Shown one piece after another: positions 1-9,254 of a stretch of DNA of 64,000 bases; positions within the stretch are counted from its first letter, which is position 1; each line of letters starts with the position of its first letter. Location: assembly GCA_040881175.1 (NCBI GenBank), contig JBBEDS010000014.1, positions 23,174 through 87,173 of the forward strand. The letters run 5' to 3'. Made by a program: the position numbers and the translations under genes. This DNA is from Minisyncoccota bacterium (lineage in GTDB: Bacteria; Patescibacteriota; Minisyncoccia; 2-02-FULL-40-12; IGHO2-01-FULL-4-A). The notes below the pieces were generated by a model. That model had not been told where the DNA came from. It worked only from the letters and a program-made list of their open reading frames with translations, and did no database searches.

Positions 1-587
1 ACGATCCGACCTAACTTTATGCCTAATTGTTCTTTAAGATCGTCTGCCTTCTTCTTGGCATTCTCAATAGCCATTTCTCTGGCTTGCTTCTTTAGCTCCT
101 CGGGCTGATCAATCTGGAAACTTAGGCTGTTGACTTGGTTGACTCCGGCCGTAACGGCTCCGTCAAGAATATCGCTTACGTTATCCAGGTCACGAATTTT
201 GACTTCCAGGGTCTGATTTACCTGATAACCGGTAATCTCCGGCTGTCCAAATCGGGGATAGGTATATTGCGGGTAGATATTGTATGAGATCGTTTTAATA
301 TCTTTATCTTCGACATTCTGCTCCTTCAAAAAATTAACAACCTTTTCTGATCTTGCTGAGTTATCATCCTGGGCCTTCTTAGAAGTCACGGCTTCGGTTA
401 CGATCGCCAAGTGAACTAGGGCGATATCCGGCCTGGCCAAAACCTTACCTTCACCGCTGAAAGACACCGTGTTAGATGTTCCCGAAGTACTCAGCTTATC
501 TTTCGTACTTACCACTACGAAAACTGAGAGTAAGACCAAAAACACTAAACCTGACCAATAAAGAACTTTTTTGTGCATATTTGTCAT
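1..587 (-). CDS. SIMPL/DUF541 (YggE-like) secreted protein; C-terminus lies beyond window edge
   Basis: Minus-strand translation from ATG at 585-587: MTNMHKKVLYWSGLVFLVLLSVF...SFSGEGKVLARPDIALVHLAIVTEA...GYQVNQTLEVKIRDLDNVSDILDGAV; N-terminal TM/signal then SIMPL-fold-like motifs; reading frame open to base 1. Confidence 0.55.
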   Translation of the reverse strand, partial: MTNMHKKVLYWSGLVFLVLLSVFVVVSTKDKLSTSGTSNTVSFSGEGKVLARPDIALVHLAIVTEAVTSKKAQDDNSARSEKVVNFLKEQNVEDKDIKTISYNIYPQYTYPRFGQPEITGYQVNQTLEVKIRDLDNVSDILDGAVTAGVNQVNSLSFQIDQPEELKKQAREMAIENAKKKADDLKEQLGIKLGRI

Positions 588-604
588 GAATTAATTACTA
601 AATT

Positions 605-1162
605 TTAGAAATCGTAAGATCCGATTTCCTTCGACTCTACTGATTTTAACACGAAGGGAGACTCGGGGTAAAATTTTAATTCTGCACTTGTGCCAACGTT
701 ATCTCTAATAGTCATAACTATATCCTCCGTCTCCGGCGGAACAGATTTTAATCTAATCTGTTTGATCTCCTTAAAAGTAGTCAAATTAGACACGTCTTCC
801 ATGACAATAATTGCTCCCGTTATAAGGAAGTCGATAAATTCTAGAGAGATGTTGGAGTCAGTCGTATTGAAAAATCTGACTTTGCTCGCATCAATAGTTT
901 CAAACTCGTAATCTTCGTTGTTATCAAGCCATTTCTCTACTTCAGAGTCAAAATCAAACTTTCCAGTTTCCCTCTCCTTGGGCCATAACTTCTTAGACCT
1001 TGGAGATCCAGACACTCTGACAGCCTCAGGCTCCTGAGTTTTACCTCGTCTTTTTCTCTCGTATTCCTCTTCTAATGTGGCCTCCTCAATATCCGCCAGT
1101 CTCTTGTTTAACTGCTCTCTGGTAGGAGTGGGCGGCATTTGTGGAATTTCCTTTTTTCCCAT
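605..1162 (-). CDS. hypothetical protein (185 aa, charged, no recognisable domain)
   Basis: ORF track; co-directional and 17 nt upstream of the SIMPL gene. Confidence 0.45.
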   Translation of the reverse strand: MGKKEIPQMPPTPTREQLNKRLADIEEATLEEEYERKRRGKTQEPEAVRVSGSPRSKKLWPKERETGKFDFDSEVEKWLDNNEDYEFETIDASKVRFFNTTDSNISLEFIDFLITGAIIVMEDVSNLTTFKEIKQIRLKSVPPETEDIVMTIRDNVGTSAELKFYPESPFVLKSVESKEIGSYDF

Positions 1163-1185
1163 GCTGTTATACTATCAATTGTGCC

Positions 1186-1647
1186 ATGGCAAAACAAGAA
1201 CTCTATTTAATACTGGATAATATACGTAGTGCGCTGAATGTGGGGGCAATTTTTCGTACCGCCGATGCTGCGGGCGTGGACAAAATATTACTCTGCGGCT
1301 ATACGCCTACACCAGAGAACGACAAGGTCAAAAAGACTGCTCTTGGTTCTGAAAAAACAGTCACTTGGGAGCACCACCCTCAAACATGGCGGCTAGTAAA
1401 GCGCCTGAGGAAAGGCGGGATATATATTGTAGCTCTTGAGCAAGATAAGAGATCGACTGATTACAGAAAGCTTAAGCCTAAATTTCCGATGGCTTTAATA
1501 GTTGGTAATGAAGTAAAAGGATTGAGTAAAAATATTCTGGAACACGTGGACAAGATAATAGATATTCCAATGTACGGCCAAAAAGAAAGTCTGAATGTCG
1601 CTGTCGCTACAGGGATAGCTGTGTATAAAATACGGGAAACTTTTTAA
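1186..1647 (+). CDS. SpoU/TrmH-family RNA 2'-O-methyltransferase
   Basis: MAKQELYLILDNIRSALNVGAIFRTADAAGVDKILLCGYTP...IPMYGQKESLNVAVATGIAVYKI matches SpoU methylase signature; ATG at 1186 preferred over the GTG-extended track ORF. Confidence 0.8.
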   Translation: MAKQELYLILDNIRSALNVGAIFRTADAAGVDKILLCGYTPTPENDKVKKTALGSEKTVTWEHHPQTWRLVKRLRKGGIYIVALEQDKRSTDYRKLKPKFPMALIVGNEVKGLSKNILEHVDKIIDIPMYGQKESLNVAVATGIAVYKIRETF

Positions 1648-1649
1648 AT

Positions 1650-2285
1650 ATGAAGCTGCCGCATAAAACACTGGAACGTAACTTACTAAAGAATGGCTAT
1701 CATTCCATAGCCAGTGTCGATGAAGTCGGCATGGCCTGCTTGGCCGGACCGGTAGTCGTCTGCGCCGTTTTATTCAGTAAGGACTTTTTCAAGAAGAAAC
1801 ACAAGAGACTACACTGGATACGTGATTCAAAGCTCCTTTTACCTCACCAGAGGGAAGAGTTTGCGACCGAACTAATGAAAGAGGTGGGCCTCAAGTTCCA
1901 AACGGCATATTGCTTCCCTAGGACAATTGATAAAATAAATATTTACCAAGCATCCAGGCTGGCTATGAGAAGAGCTCTGGCTAAACTCTCACCCCACAGG
2001 AAGTCCGTAGTCCTAGTCGATGGTCCAGCAAAAATCAAAGGCATAGCTCTGGATCAAATAGCAGTTATAAAGGGCGATAGGAAGGTGTTTGCCATAGCCT
2101 GTGCATCTGTCATTGCCAAAGTAACCAGAGATGGGATGATGGCCAGATATGCAAAAAGGTACCCTAAATACGGGTTTGAGAAGCATAAAGGCTACAGCAC
2201 TGAACTTCACAGAACACAATTGTCACAGCATGGCGTTTGCCCGATTCACAGGAGGTCTTTTGCGCCGGTGGCCAAACTGCTGTAA
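1650..2285 (+). CDS. rnhB: ribonuclease HII
   Basis: VDEVGMACLAGPVVVCAV (DEAGRG-like active site), RNase HII length and motifs. Confidence 0.85.
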   Translation: MKLPHKTLERNLLKNGYHSIASVDEVGMACLAGPVVVCAVLFSKDFFKKKHKRLHWIRDSKLLLPHQREEFATELMKEVGLKFQTAYCFPRTIDKINIYQASRLAMRRALAKLSPHRKSVVLVDGPAKIKGIALDQIAVIKGDRKVFAIACASVIAKVTRDGMMARYAKRYPKYGFEKHKGYSTELHRTQLSQHGVCPIHRRSFAPVAKLL

Positions 2286-2296
2286 AATATAGGCAT

Positions 2297-3316
2297 ATGA
2301 GAAAAATAAAAGTAGCAATCAATGGTTTCGGTCGAATAGGCCGAATCTTCTTCAGACAAGCTTTTGGCAATTCCGATTTGGATTTTGTCGCCATAAATGA
2401 CCTCGGCTCACTGGAGAATCTAGCCTATTTATTAAAATACGACAGCGTCTATGGCAACTACGAGAAAAGTGTCGAAGTAAAAGGTGGCAAACTCGTCGTA
2501 GATGGACACGAAATAGAATTTATCCAAGAGAAAGAACCGGGCAAGCTACCCTGGAAAAAACTTGATGTAGATATTGTCATAGAATCCACTGGCGTCTTTG
2601 AATCACGCGATAAGGCAGCTCCGCATTTAGATGCGGGAGCAAAGAGAGTAGTCATTACAGCCCCGGCCAAAGACGAGATAACTCCAACCGTTACTCCTAA
2701 TGTAAATGTTGAGGCTCTTAAGCTGGACAAAATAACCTCGAATGCCTCCTGCACGACCAATGCCGCTACACCGGTAATGTCTGTCATGATGGTAGACCCG
2801 GGAGTAAAAAAAGCCGCCCTGAATACGGTTCACGGATATACTGCTAGCCAAAGCTTGGTTGATAGCCCGGATCCTCATAATAAAGACTTCCGACGTGCTA
2901 GAGCGGCAGCGGCAAACATAGTTCCCACATCAACCGGAGCAGCGCTAGCAACGACTAGAGCTATCCCGGAGCTGAAAGACAAGTTTGATGGAATAGCCCT
3001 GAGAGTTCCTGTCATATCGGGTTCAATAATGGACTTCACTTTTCTTGCATCAAGAGCAACCACAGTTGAAGAAATAAATGAAATTTTTAAAAAAGCTGCA
3101 AAACAGGAAAATTGGAAGGGAATACTAACTATTACTGACGAGCCCATTGTCTCATCGGATATTCTAAAAAACCCGCATGGCTCCATAGTAGACCTATCGA
3201 TGACCAGAGTGATAGACGGCGATTTGGTTAAGGTATTGGCTTGGTATGATAATGAATGGGGATATAGCGCCATGCTAACCCAGCACGTGCTTACAGTCGC
3301 ACAGTTATTTGAATAA
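2297..3316 (+). CDS. gap: glyceraldehyde-3-phosphate dehydrogenase, type I
   Basis: MRKIKVAINGFGRIGR NAD-binding start, SNASCTTN catalytic Cys motif, WYDNEWGYS C-terminus; track ORF start 2237 is an upstream extension overlapping rnhB. Confidence 0.9.
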   Translation: MRKIKVAINGFGRIGRIFFRQAFGNSDLDFVAINDLGSLENLAYLLKYDSVYGNYEKSVEVKGGKLVVDGHEIEFIQEKEPGKLPWKKLDVDIVIESTGVFESRDKAAPHLDAGAKRVVITAPAKDEITPTVTPNVNVEALKLDKITSNASCTTNAATPVMSVMMVDPGVKKAALNTVHGYTASQSLVDSPDPHNKDFRRARAAAANIVPTSTGAALATTRAIPELKDKFDGIALRVPVISGSIMDFTFLASRATTVEEINEIFKKAAKQENWKGILTITDEPIVSSDILKNPHGSIVDLSMTRVIDGDLVKVLAWYDNEWGYSAMLTQHVLTVAQLFE

Positions 3317-3351
3317 AAAAAGACCACCCGAGGGAGTAGGCTCAGATGGTT

Positions 3352-3633
3352 CTAGATGCTTCCTTCCATATCGAGAAGGACCAGCTTGTCGTTATCTACG
3401 AAGGCATAGTAACCGTTAAGTTTGCCTTCCTGGCCACCTAGCACAGTAGCATTGAAAGAGTTTCCGTTTTCAATAACACTCTTCATGACCTTTGTCTTGA
3501 TGGTGTTAACACCATCGCTGAAGTTAACAGGGCAGAGTTTCTGCAAACGTAGTGATGCCTTGAGATCTACCTTCCCATTTTTGTCAGGGAGGTAGAACTT
3601 CTGACCGACTTCTAGGCTACCGAATCTCTGCAC
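3352..3633 (-). CDS. hypothetical small protein (93 aa)
   Basis: ORF track only; no recognisable motif. Confidence 0.35.
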   Translation of the reverse strand: MQRFGSLEVGQKFYLPDKNGKVDLKASLRLQKLCPVNFSDGVNTIKTKVMKSVIENGNSFNATVLGGQEGKLNGYYAFVDNDKLVLLDMEGSI

Positions 3634-3675
3634 GGCTTCCTCCCTAAATTTTTTAAAGGCCTGTTTAGTTAGATT

Positions 3676-4566
3676 ATGTCACATTATATACACGAAAACA
3701 AAATTAAAGAGCTCGAGGTAAAAGCTAACGAGATCAGACAGTCAATCGTTGAATCTTTAATTGCGGCCGGTTCCGGTCATACCGCCGGCCCTCTCGGCAT
3801 GGCTGACGTCTTTACCGCCTTTTACTTTCACATTCTGAATCATGATCCCAAGAATCCAGAATGGGAAGATCGGGACAGGCTGATACTTTCAAACGGACAT
3901 ATTACTCCAGTCAGATACGCCACAATGGCTCACGCAGGATATTTCCCTATAAAAGAGCTGCTGACCCTAAGAAAATTAGGCTCAAGACTACAGGGGCACC
4001 CCGAAAGAGAAAAACTGCCGGGCGTGGAGACAACCTCAGGACCTTTGGGTTCAGGACTTGGCCAAGCTTGTGGCATCGCCTACGGAGCAAGAATGGATGA
4101 CAAAAAATTCAGAACCTACTGCTTCATGTCAGACGGGGAACAAGAAGCAGGCGTTACGTGGGAATCCGTCATGTTCGCAGGGAAAAACAAACTGTCTAAT
4201 CTAACCGGACTAATCGACAGGAATAACATACAAATTGACGGCATGACTGAAGATATTATGCCCCTTGAACCACTGAAGGCTAAATATGAGGCATTTAACT
4301 GGCATGTTATCGATATAGACGGACATAACATAGAGGAGATAGTAGATGCTGTTGAGCAGGCAAAAGCCATACATGAAAAACCAACATTAATAATGGCCCA
4401 CACCATACCGGGCAAGGGGATATCGGAGATAGAATTTGATTACCGCTGGCACGGCAATCCTCCAGGCAAAGGACCGGATGATAAGATTCCAAAAGAAGAG
4501 CAGGGGAAAAAGTTTTTAGAAGAGTTAAGAACATTGGGAGGGAAGATACAAAGTGAACATCAATAA
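3676..4566 (+). CDS. transketolase, N-terminal (TPP-binding) subunit
   Basis: SGHTAGPLGMADVFTAFYFHILNHDPKNPEWEDRDRLILSNGH...GPLGSGLGQACGIAYG; classic transketolase N-terminal section, ends before the Pyr domain. Confidence 0.85.
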   Translation: MSHYIHENKIKELEVKANEIRQSIVESLIAAGSGHTAGPLGMADVFTAFYFHILNHDPKNPEWEDRDRLILSNGHITPVRYATMAHAGYFPIKELLTLRKLGSRLQGHPEREKLPGVETTSGPLGSGLGQACGIAYGARMDDKKFRTYCFMSDGEQEAGVTWESVMFAGKNKLSNLTGLIDRNNIQIDGMTEDIMPLEPLKAKYEAFNWHVIDIDGHNIEEIVDAVEQAKAIHEKPTLIMAHTIPGKGISEIEFDYRWHGNPPGKGPDDKIPKEEQGKKFLEELRTLGGKIQSEHQ

Positions 4567-4576
4567 AATTGTCAAA

Positions 4577-4592
4577 GCCCTGCATGCAGGGC
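4577..4592. promoter_or_regulatory. 16-bp perfect palindrome GCCCTGCATGCAGGGC immediately upstream of the SD of the Cys/His-rich gene
   Basis: seen directly; followed by GGAAGGAGGTG SD and ATG 4614; candidate operator or short hairpin. Confidence 0.35.
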
Positions 4593-4613
4593 ACAAGGAA
4601 GGAGGTGTAATAT

Positions 4614-4907
4614 ATGCACGGACACAATAAATGCGGGCACCATATGGTAGCCAAGCTATTGTTAGTATTAGCCTGGCTTGCAGCTTTAGGCTTCTGGTTA
4701 GCAATGTGGAAGGGTATGTTCTGGAATGTAGAACCAACGGGATGGTTCTCTCACGTAGTAGTCTTCAGCTTGCTTGCTTTCGGAACAAAGTTTTGTAGCT
4801 GCTACTCCAAAAATAGAATGATGGGTGGCATGAAATGCGACTGCAGCTGCAATGATTGCGAGGGCGGGATGTGTGAAGGTAAGCACAAGGAAGGCCACGG
4901 CATGTAG
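4614..4907 (+). CDS. small Cys/His-rich two-TM membrane protein (putative metal-binding)
   Basis: Strong SD GGAAGGAGG 8 nt upstream; MHGHNKCGHHM His-rich N-term, two hydrophobic helices, C-terminal CSCYS..CDCSCNDCEGGMCEGKHKEGHGM metallothionein-like tail. Confidence 0.55.
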   Translation: MHGHNKCGHHMVAKLLLVLAWLAALGFWLAMWKGMFWNVEPTGWFSHVVVFSLLAFGTKFCSCYSKNRMMGGMKCDCSCNDCEGGMCEGKHKEGHGM

Positions 4908-4964
4908 TTTGGTTTTTTACGGTCCGCCTCTTTGCCGGGGGCGGATGAATAAGGAACTAAGAAC

Positions 4965-5858
4965 ATGAATTCACTCGAATCAACACCTGGAACCAGATCG
5001 ACGGAGAATAAAGAAAACGTCATAAAAAAGAAGAGGGGCCTAAGAATGATAGACCAAATGGCTATCTCTTTGGCTTTTACTTTGGTAACTGGATTTTCTG
5101 CCGGCAAAATAGCGGAGTCGAGACAGACGGAAGCAAAAGGAAGAGACAGGATCGCATCAAAGAGCAAAATACCGAAACCAAAAAGCTATGATGAGCGTGA
5201 ACGCCTGTTAAAAAATAGGAGGTTCGAAACTGAAACAAAGCATATAGAGACGCGGGATGGCGATATAGACCATGAAACCCTGAGGACAATTCTCAAGGAA
5301 ACATATCCCATTGGCTGGGTCGAGGATGAAATTCGAATTGTGGAAAGTTCTCCCAAGAGAAAACCTATGCCTGCAAAATATGGTATGGGCGGAGTTGCCT
5401 TAGCTAGTTGCTACAGAGACATTGATGGAAAATCTGAGATCGTATTTCATGTTGACTCGAGAGACGAATCAAAAGAGTATGTAATAGGAACGATCGGACA
5501 TGAATTAGCTCACGCCAATGACTGGATCTCTGATGACCATCTTACCGCCACAGAAGGGGAAGAGCTTCGAAACAGAATTAAAAGTCGCCTAAGATCACCT
5601 GATAGATTCCTGTCATCATACGTGGAAGAAATAAACAACGCTAACGAAGAAGAAGAACTAGAGACTAAGGCCATAGAGTACTGGGCAGAAATTTGTGAAC
5701 AATATTTCGACGATGCCACCAAGCTAAGTGTCGAGGACTTCAATATCGTCGATGGCCATATTAAAAAAACTGATAGACTCTTTGGATGGCTAGGCGCGAA
5801 AGAGAGAAGATATCGGCTAGCTGGAATAAAAATTGAACCACCTCAAAATTATCGTTAG
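4965..5858 (+). CDS. hypothetical protein with HExxH zinc-metallopeptidase-like motif (GTIGHELAHANDW)
   Basis: ORF track; one N-terminal hydrophobic segment, HELAH motif; family not assignable by eye. Confidence 0.5.
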   Translation: MNSLESTPGTRSTENKENVIKKKRGLRMIDQMAISLAFTLVTGFSAGKIAESRQTEAKGRDRIASKSKIPKPKSYDERERLLKNRRFETETKHIETRDGDIDHETLRTILKETYPIGWVEDEIRIVESSPKRKPMPAKYGMGGVALASCYRDIDGKSEIVFHVDSRDESKEYVIGTIGHELAHANDWISDDHLTATEGEELRNRIKSRLRSPDRFLSSYVEEINNANEEEELETKAIEYWAEICEQYFDDATKLSVEDFNIVDGHIKKTDRLFGWLGAKERRYRLAGIKIEPPQNYR

Positions 5859-5863
5859 AATTT

Positions 5864-6292
5864 ATGAAACTTGAAGTTAAAAAAAGAATTGGAGAAAGTC
5901 TGGGGGTCATTGAATTTGATGACAGGAATCAGTTTAATTTCTCGGAAGGAACAAAAAATTCTTTCAAAGACTATGTCAGTCAACTCATAGAAAAAGGTAT
6001 AGACCAGATAAAAGACATATATGACAAAGAGGCTGCGGCTTTCACGATGATCAAAGTTCCCATACATAGAGACGCTTCTCAATTTCCACTGGCCTTCAAA
6101 GAATTATTGGAAAGGGAGGGCTACGATGTTACTATCATAAGGGAGGACTTGGATAAAGAGATACTTAATTCGTTGAAAGATTTTCCACCGGACAAGAGCA
6201 AAGATAATATTTTATCTCGTCTTCCGAAGATGAGCTATTTAGAAAAAACATATATTCTAAAGGGGTTAAATGATCTAAATAAAAATGTCTAG
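5864..6292 (+). CDS. hypothetical protein (142 aa)
   Basis: ORF track; no motif recognised. Confidence 0.4.
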   Translation: MKLEVKKRIGESLGVIEFDDRNQFNFSEGTKNSFKDYVSQLIEKGIDQIKDIYDKEAAAFTMIKVPIHRDASQFPLAFKELLEREGYDVTIIREDLDKEILNSLKDFPPDKSKDNILSRLPKMSYLEKTYILKGLNDLNKNV

Positions 6293-7280
6293 TTTAAAAG
6301 CACACTTAGTAGAAAATCCGACAGATAAAGAAACCCTGGAAATGAAGGCTACGCGGGATGGGTACGGTAAGGGTTTAGTTGAGGCCGGAGAAAAAGATGA
6401 GCGAGTGGTCGTGCTCTGCGCCGACCTGACTGAATCTACTCGTTCTCATTGGTTTGCCGAAAAGTTTCCGGAAAGATTTATCCAGATCGGGGTAGCCGAA
6501 CAGAACATGGCAGTCATCGCTTCCGGATTAGCTAACTATGGGAAAATACCTTTCATCTCATCCTATGCCGCCTTCTCGCCCGGCAGAAACAATGAACAGA
6601 TCAGAACAAATATTGCGATTAATAATGTGCCCGTTAAAATAGCCGGCGCTCACGCCGGGATATCGGTAGGTCCGGATGGTGCCACCCACCAAGCATTAGA
6701 GGACGCGGGCTTGATGCGCATGCTACCGCGAATGACCGTACTTGTACCTTGCGATGCTATTGAGGCCCAAAAAGCAACCGTAGCCGCAGCCCAGCTACCC
6801 GGTCCAGTATATATCAGATTTGGCAGAGAGAAGTCTCCGGTCTTCACGACTGAGAAAACTCCATTTGAAGTTGGTAAAGCTCAAGTATTCAGAGACGGAA
6901 AAGATGCCGCCATTATCGGTGCCGGAATGCTTATACATAACGCCCTTGTCGCCGCCGAAGAGTTATCGAAGGAAGGACTGGAGGTGGCGATAATAAATTC
7001 TCCAAGCTTAAAACCCTTCGATGTCGATACTCTAGTAGAATATGCTAAAAAGACTGGAGCAGTCGTCAGCGTAGAGGAACATCAAGTCGCCGGAGGACTC
7101 GGCTCAATAGTAGCCGAGGCTCTGGCCCTTAACCATCCGACACCTCAAGAATTCATAGGCGTTCAGGATAAATTCGGAGAGTCCGGTACTCCAGACGAAT
7201 TAATAGAAACCTTCGGGATGGGGGTGGGCTCAATAAAAGAAGCTGTCAAAAAAGCAATCTCCAGAAAAAAATCCGCTTAG
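6285..7280 (+). CDS. transketolase, C-terminal (pyrimidine-binding/C-terminal domain) subunit
   Basis: FIQIGVAEQNMAVIASGLA...GATHQALEDAGLMRMLP...VSVEEHQVAGGLGS; transketolase Pyr and C-terminal domains. Confidence 0.85.
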   Translation: MSSLKAHLVENPTDKETLEMKATRDGYGKGLVEAGEKDERVVVLCADLTESTRSHWFAEKFPERFIQIGVAEQNMAVIASGLANYGKIPFISSYAAFSPGRNNEQIRTNIAINNVPVKIAGAHAGISVGPDGATHQALEDAGLMRMLPRMTVLVPCDAIEAQKATVAAAQLPGPVYIRFGREKSPVFTTEKTPFEVGKAQVFRDGKDAAIIGAGMLIHNALVAAEELSKEGLEVAIINSPSLKPFDVDTLVEYAKKTGAVVSVEEHQVAGGLGSIVAEALALNHPTPQEFIGVQDKFGESGTPDELIETFGMGVGSIKEAVKKAISRKKSA

Positions 7281-7292
7281 CGGATTTTTTTT
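7265..7292. terminator. bidirectional hairpin terminator between tkt C-subunit (+) and UDG (-)
   Basis: AAAAAAATCCGCTTAGCGGATTTTTTTT: A-run, stem ATCCG/CGGAT, T-run. Confidence 0.65.
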
Positions 7293-7833
7293 AGACCAGC
7301 CCTTTGATCTTAGACAAATCTTCTCTGAAAATAGGCTCCCAGTTAATATTCCTCAAAATAGCTGCCGGGTGATAAATGACCAAAACCTTGCGGCCGCGCT
7401 TTTCTATAACCCTCCCGTGATTAGCCGACATGCTTCCCTCTATGCCCAGGCCTGTCATTGATATACGACCCAAAACTACTATCAGCTTCGGATCGACTAT
7501 GTCGATCTCTTTCTCTAAGGACGGCCTGAACTTTTCTATCTCTTCCGGAGTCGGGGTTAATGTTCCACCAAAGGCATCTTGCGGCCTATATTTCAATATA
7601 TTCGATATGTAGAAGTCTGATCTCTTCCAGCCCAGCTCTTCCAGGGTGGTAACTAACAACTTGCCACCCCGGCCGACGAAGGGTTTTCCTTGAATTTCCT
7701 CATCTTTACCGGGGGCCTCTCCTATCATCATTACCTTTGAGTCTGGAGAACCGTCATTAAACACTAAAGTCCTTTTAGGATAGGCTTTTTTGATGGCGTT
7801 AAAAATGTAGTCTAGCTTTTGATTTTTGGTCAT
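7291..7833 (-). CDS. uracil-DNA glycosylase, family 4
   Basis: MMIGEAPGKDEEIQGKPFVGRGGKLL and HPAAILRN motifs typical of family-4 UDG. Confidence 0.8.
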   Translation of the reverse strand: MTKNQKLDYIFNAIKKAYPKRTLVFNDGSPDSKVMMIGEAPGKDEEIQGKPFVGRGGKLLVTTLEELGWKRSDFYISNILKYRPQDAFGGTLTPTPEEIEKFRPSLEKEIDIVDPKLIVVLGRISMTGLGIEGSMSANHGRVIEKRGRKVLVIYHPAAILRNINWEPIFREDLSKIKGLV

Positions 7834-7871
7834 ATTTCTGATATTTTAACATATATTAAATGATCTAAAAG

Positions 7872-7944
7872 GGGTGCGTAGTTCAGTGGTTAGAACGCTG
7901 TCCTGATAAGACAGAGGTCGGAGGTTCGATTCCTCCCGCACCCA
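7872..7944 (+). tRNA. tRNA-Ile (anticodon GAT)
   Basis: Cloverleaf: acceptor GGGTGCG/CGCACCC, anticodon loop CTGATAA, T-loop GGTTCGATTCC; no encoded CCA. Confidence 0.9.
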
Positions 7945-8017
7945 CAGTAGACAGACCGAAGGTCGAAAGGTCTAGGCATATTTTAAAAAAGTTAATTTTG
8001 TCCTTAAAACAACACAT

Positions 8018-8764
8018 ATGGAAAAAGAAATAATGAACCTACCGGCTTCGAAACTACCTTTAGTAGAAGAAGCTCAGGATAAATACGAAACCGCGGATTT
8101 CCGCTCATCGTTCCACTGGAGAGTCTTCCGCATAATGGCGGAGTTCGTCGACGGCTGGCAGTTCTTAACAGACTTCAAAAAAACCGTAACCTTTTTCGGA
8201 TCAGCAAGATTTGAAGAAGGGGACAGGTGGTATGAAGAATCAAGAAAACTCGGCAACCTGCTCGCCAAATCCGGTTTTGACGTAATTACCGGCGGAGGTC
8301 CAGGTATAATGGAGGCAGGAAACCGCGGGGCGCATGAGGCCAAGGAGGCGGCGGGTAAATCAGCCGAAGGAATCGGCAGGTCTATCGGACTGAATATCAA
8401 GTTGCCGTTCGAACAGCGCATTAACCCGTACGTGGACATCGCTATTGCCTTTCACTACTTCTTCGTAAGAAAGGTGATGCTGTCATACTACGCTCAGTCG
8501 TATGTCTTCTTTCCGGGCGGATTCGGAACTTTGGATGAAACTTTTGAGTTGATTACTCTGATCCAGACCAAAAAAATTCAAAGGATCCCGGTCGTATTGG
8601 TAGGCAAAGAATATTGGGAACCATTGATGTCGTGGATAAAAGAAAGCGTTTACGGTAAATTTGGAGCGGTAGATAAGGAAGATATGGATATATACAGAAT
8701 CGTCGACACTGCCGAAGAGGCCTATGAAATAGTAAAGGCCGCTCCGGAAAGAAAATCATTTTAA
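8018..8764 (+). CDS. LOG-family (TIGR00730 Rossmann-fold, cytokinin riboside 5'-monophosphate phosphoribohydrolase-like) protein
   Basis: GGGPGIMEAGNRGA and PGGFGTLDE motifs. Confidence 0.8.
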   Translation: MEKEIMNLPASKLPLVEEAQDKYETADFRSSFHWRVFRIMAEFVDGWQFLTDFKKTVTFFGSARFEEGDRWYEESRKLGNLLAKSGFDVITGGGPGIMEAGNRGAHEAKEAAGKSAEGIGRSIGLNIKLPFEQRINPYVDIAIAFHYFFVRKVMLSYYAQSYVFFPGGFGTLDETFELITLIQTKKIQRIPVVLVGKEYWEPLMSWIKESVYGKFGAVDKEDMDIYRIVDTAEEAYEIVKAAPERKSF

Positions 8765-8770
8765 AAACTG

Positions 8771-8793
8771 CAGGGCGCCATAAAGGCGCCCTG
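8771..8793 (+). terminator. hairpin CAGGGCGCC-ATAAA-GGCGCCCTG after LOG gene (no strong T-run)
   Basis: perfect 9-bp inverted repeat directly after stop; directly followed by tRNA-Ala. Confidence 0.4.
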
Positions 8794-8799
8794 GTTGAA

Positions 8800-8870
8800 G
8801 GGCCTATAGCTTAATGGTCGAGCACCCGCCTTGCACGCGGGAGATCGGGGTTCGATTCCCCGTAGGTCCA
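8800..8870 (+). tRNA. tRNA-Ala (anticodon TGC)
   Basis: Acceptor GGGCCTA/TAGGTCC with G3:U70 Ala identity pair, anticodon loop CTTGCAC, T-loop GGTTCGATTCC. Confidence 0.9.
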
Positions 8871-8871
8871 C

Positions 8872-9252
8872 ATGAAAACTATCGACGTAACTGCCGGGAT
8901 AATTAACCGTAATGGCAAATTCCTCATCGCAAAACGTAAAAAAGGAAAGCACCTAGAGGGTAAGTGGGAATTTCCAGGCGGCAAGATTGAGGCCTTAGAA
9001 ACACCGGAAGAATGCCTGCAAAGAGAGCTGGAAGAAGAGTTTGGGGTTAAAGTAGCCGTTGCTGATTTCGTAGCAGAAAGCATCTTCAACTATGGTGACA
9101 GGGTCATCAGATTGCTGGGCTATCGAGCAGAATATGTTTCCGGCGATTTCAAGCTAAATGCTCATGATGAAATTAAGTGGATTACAACCGATGAATTTAG
9201 TAAATTCGACTTCGCCGAGGCAGACCTGCCGATAATAGAAAAACTTATCTAA
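8872..9252 (+). CDS. Nudix hydrolase (MutT-like)
   Basis: Nudix box GGKIEALETPEECLQRELEEEFGV; ATG begins 2 nt after tRNA-Ala. Confidence 0.8.
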   Translation: MKTIDVTAGIINRNGKFLIAKRKKGKHLEGKWEFPGGKIEALETPEECLQRELEEEFGVKVAVADFVAESIFNYGDRVIRLLGYRAEYVSGDFKLNAHDEIKWITTDEFSKFDFAEADLPIIEKLI

Positions 9253-9254
9253 AT

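Noticed and set aside
2237-2296. Upstream extension of gap ORF (MPDSQEVFCAGG...)
   Set aside because: It overlaps the rnhB 3' end. The canonical GAPDH N-terminus MRKIKVAINGFGRIGR starts at 2297.
4921-4946. Possible terminator CCGCC-TCTTTGCCGGG-GGCGG after the Cys/His-rich gene
   Set aside because: The stem is only 5 bp with an 11-nt loop and no T-run, so it is not convincing.
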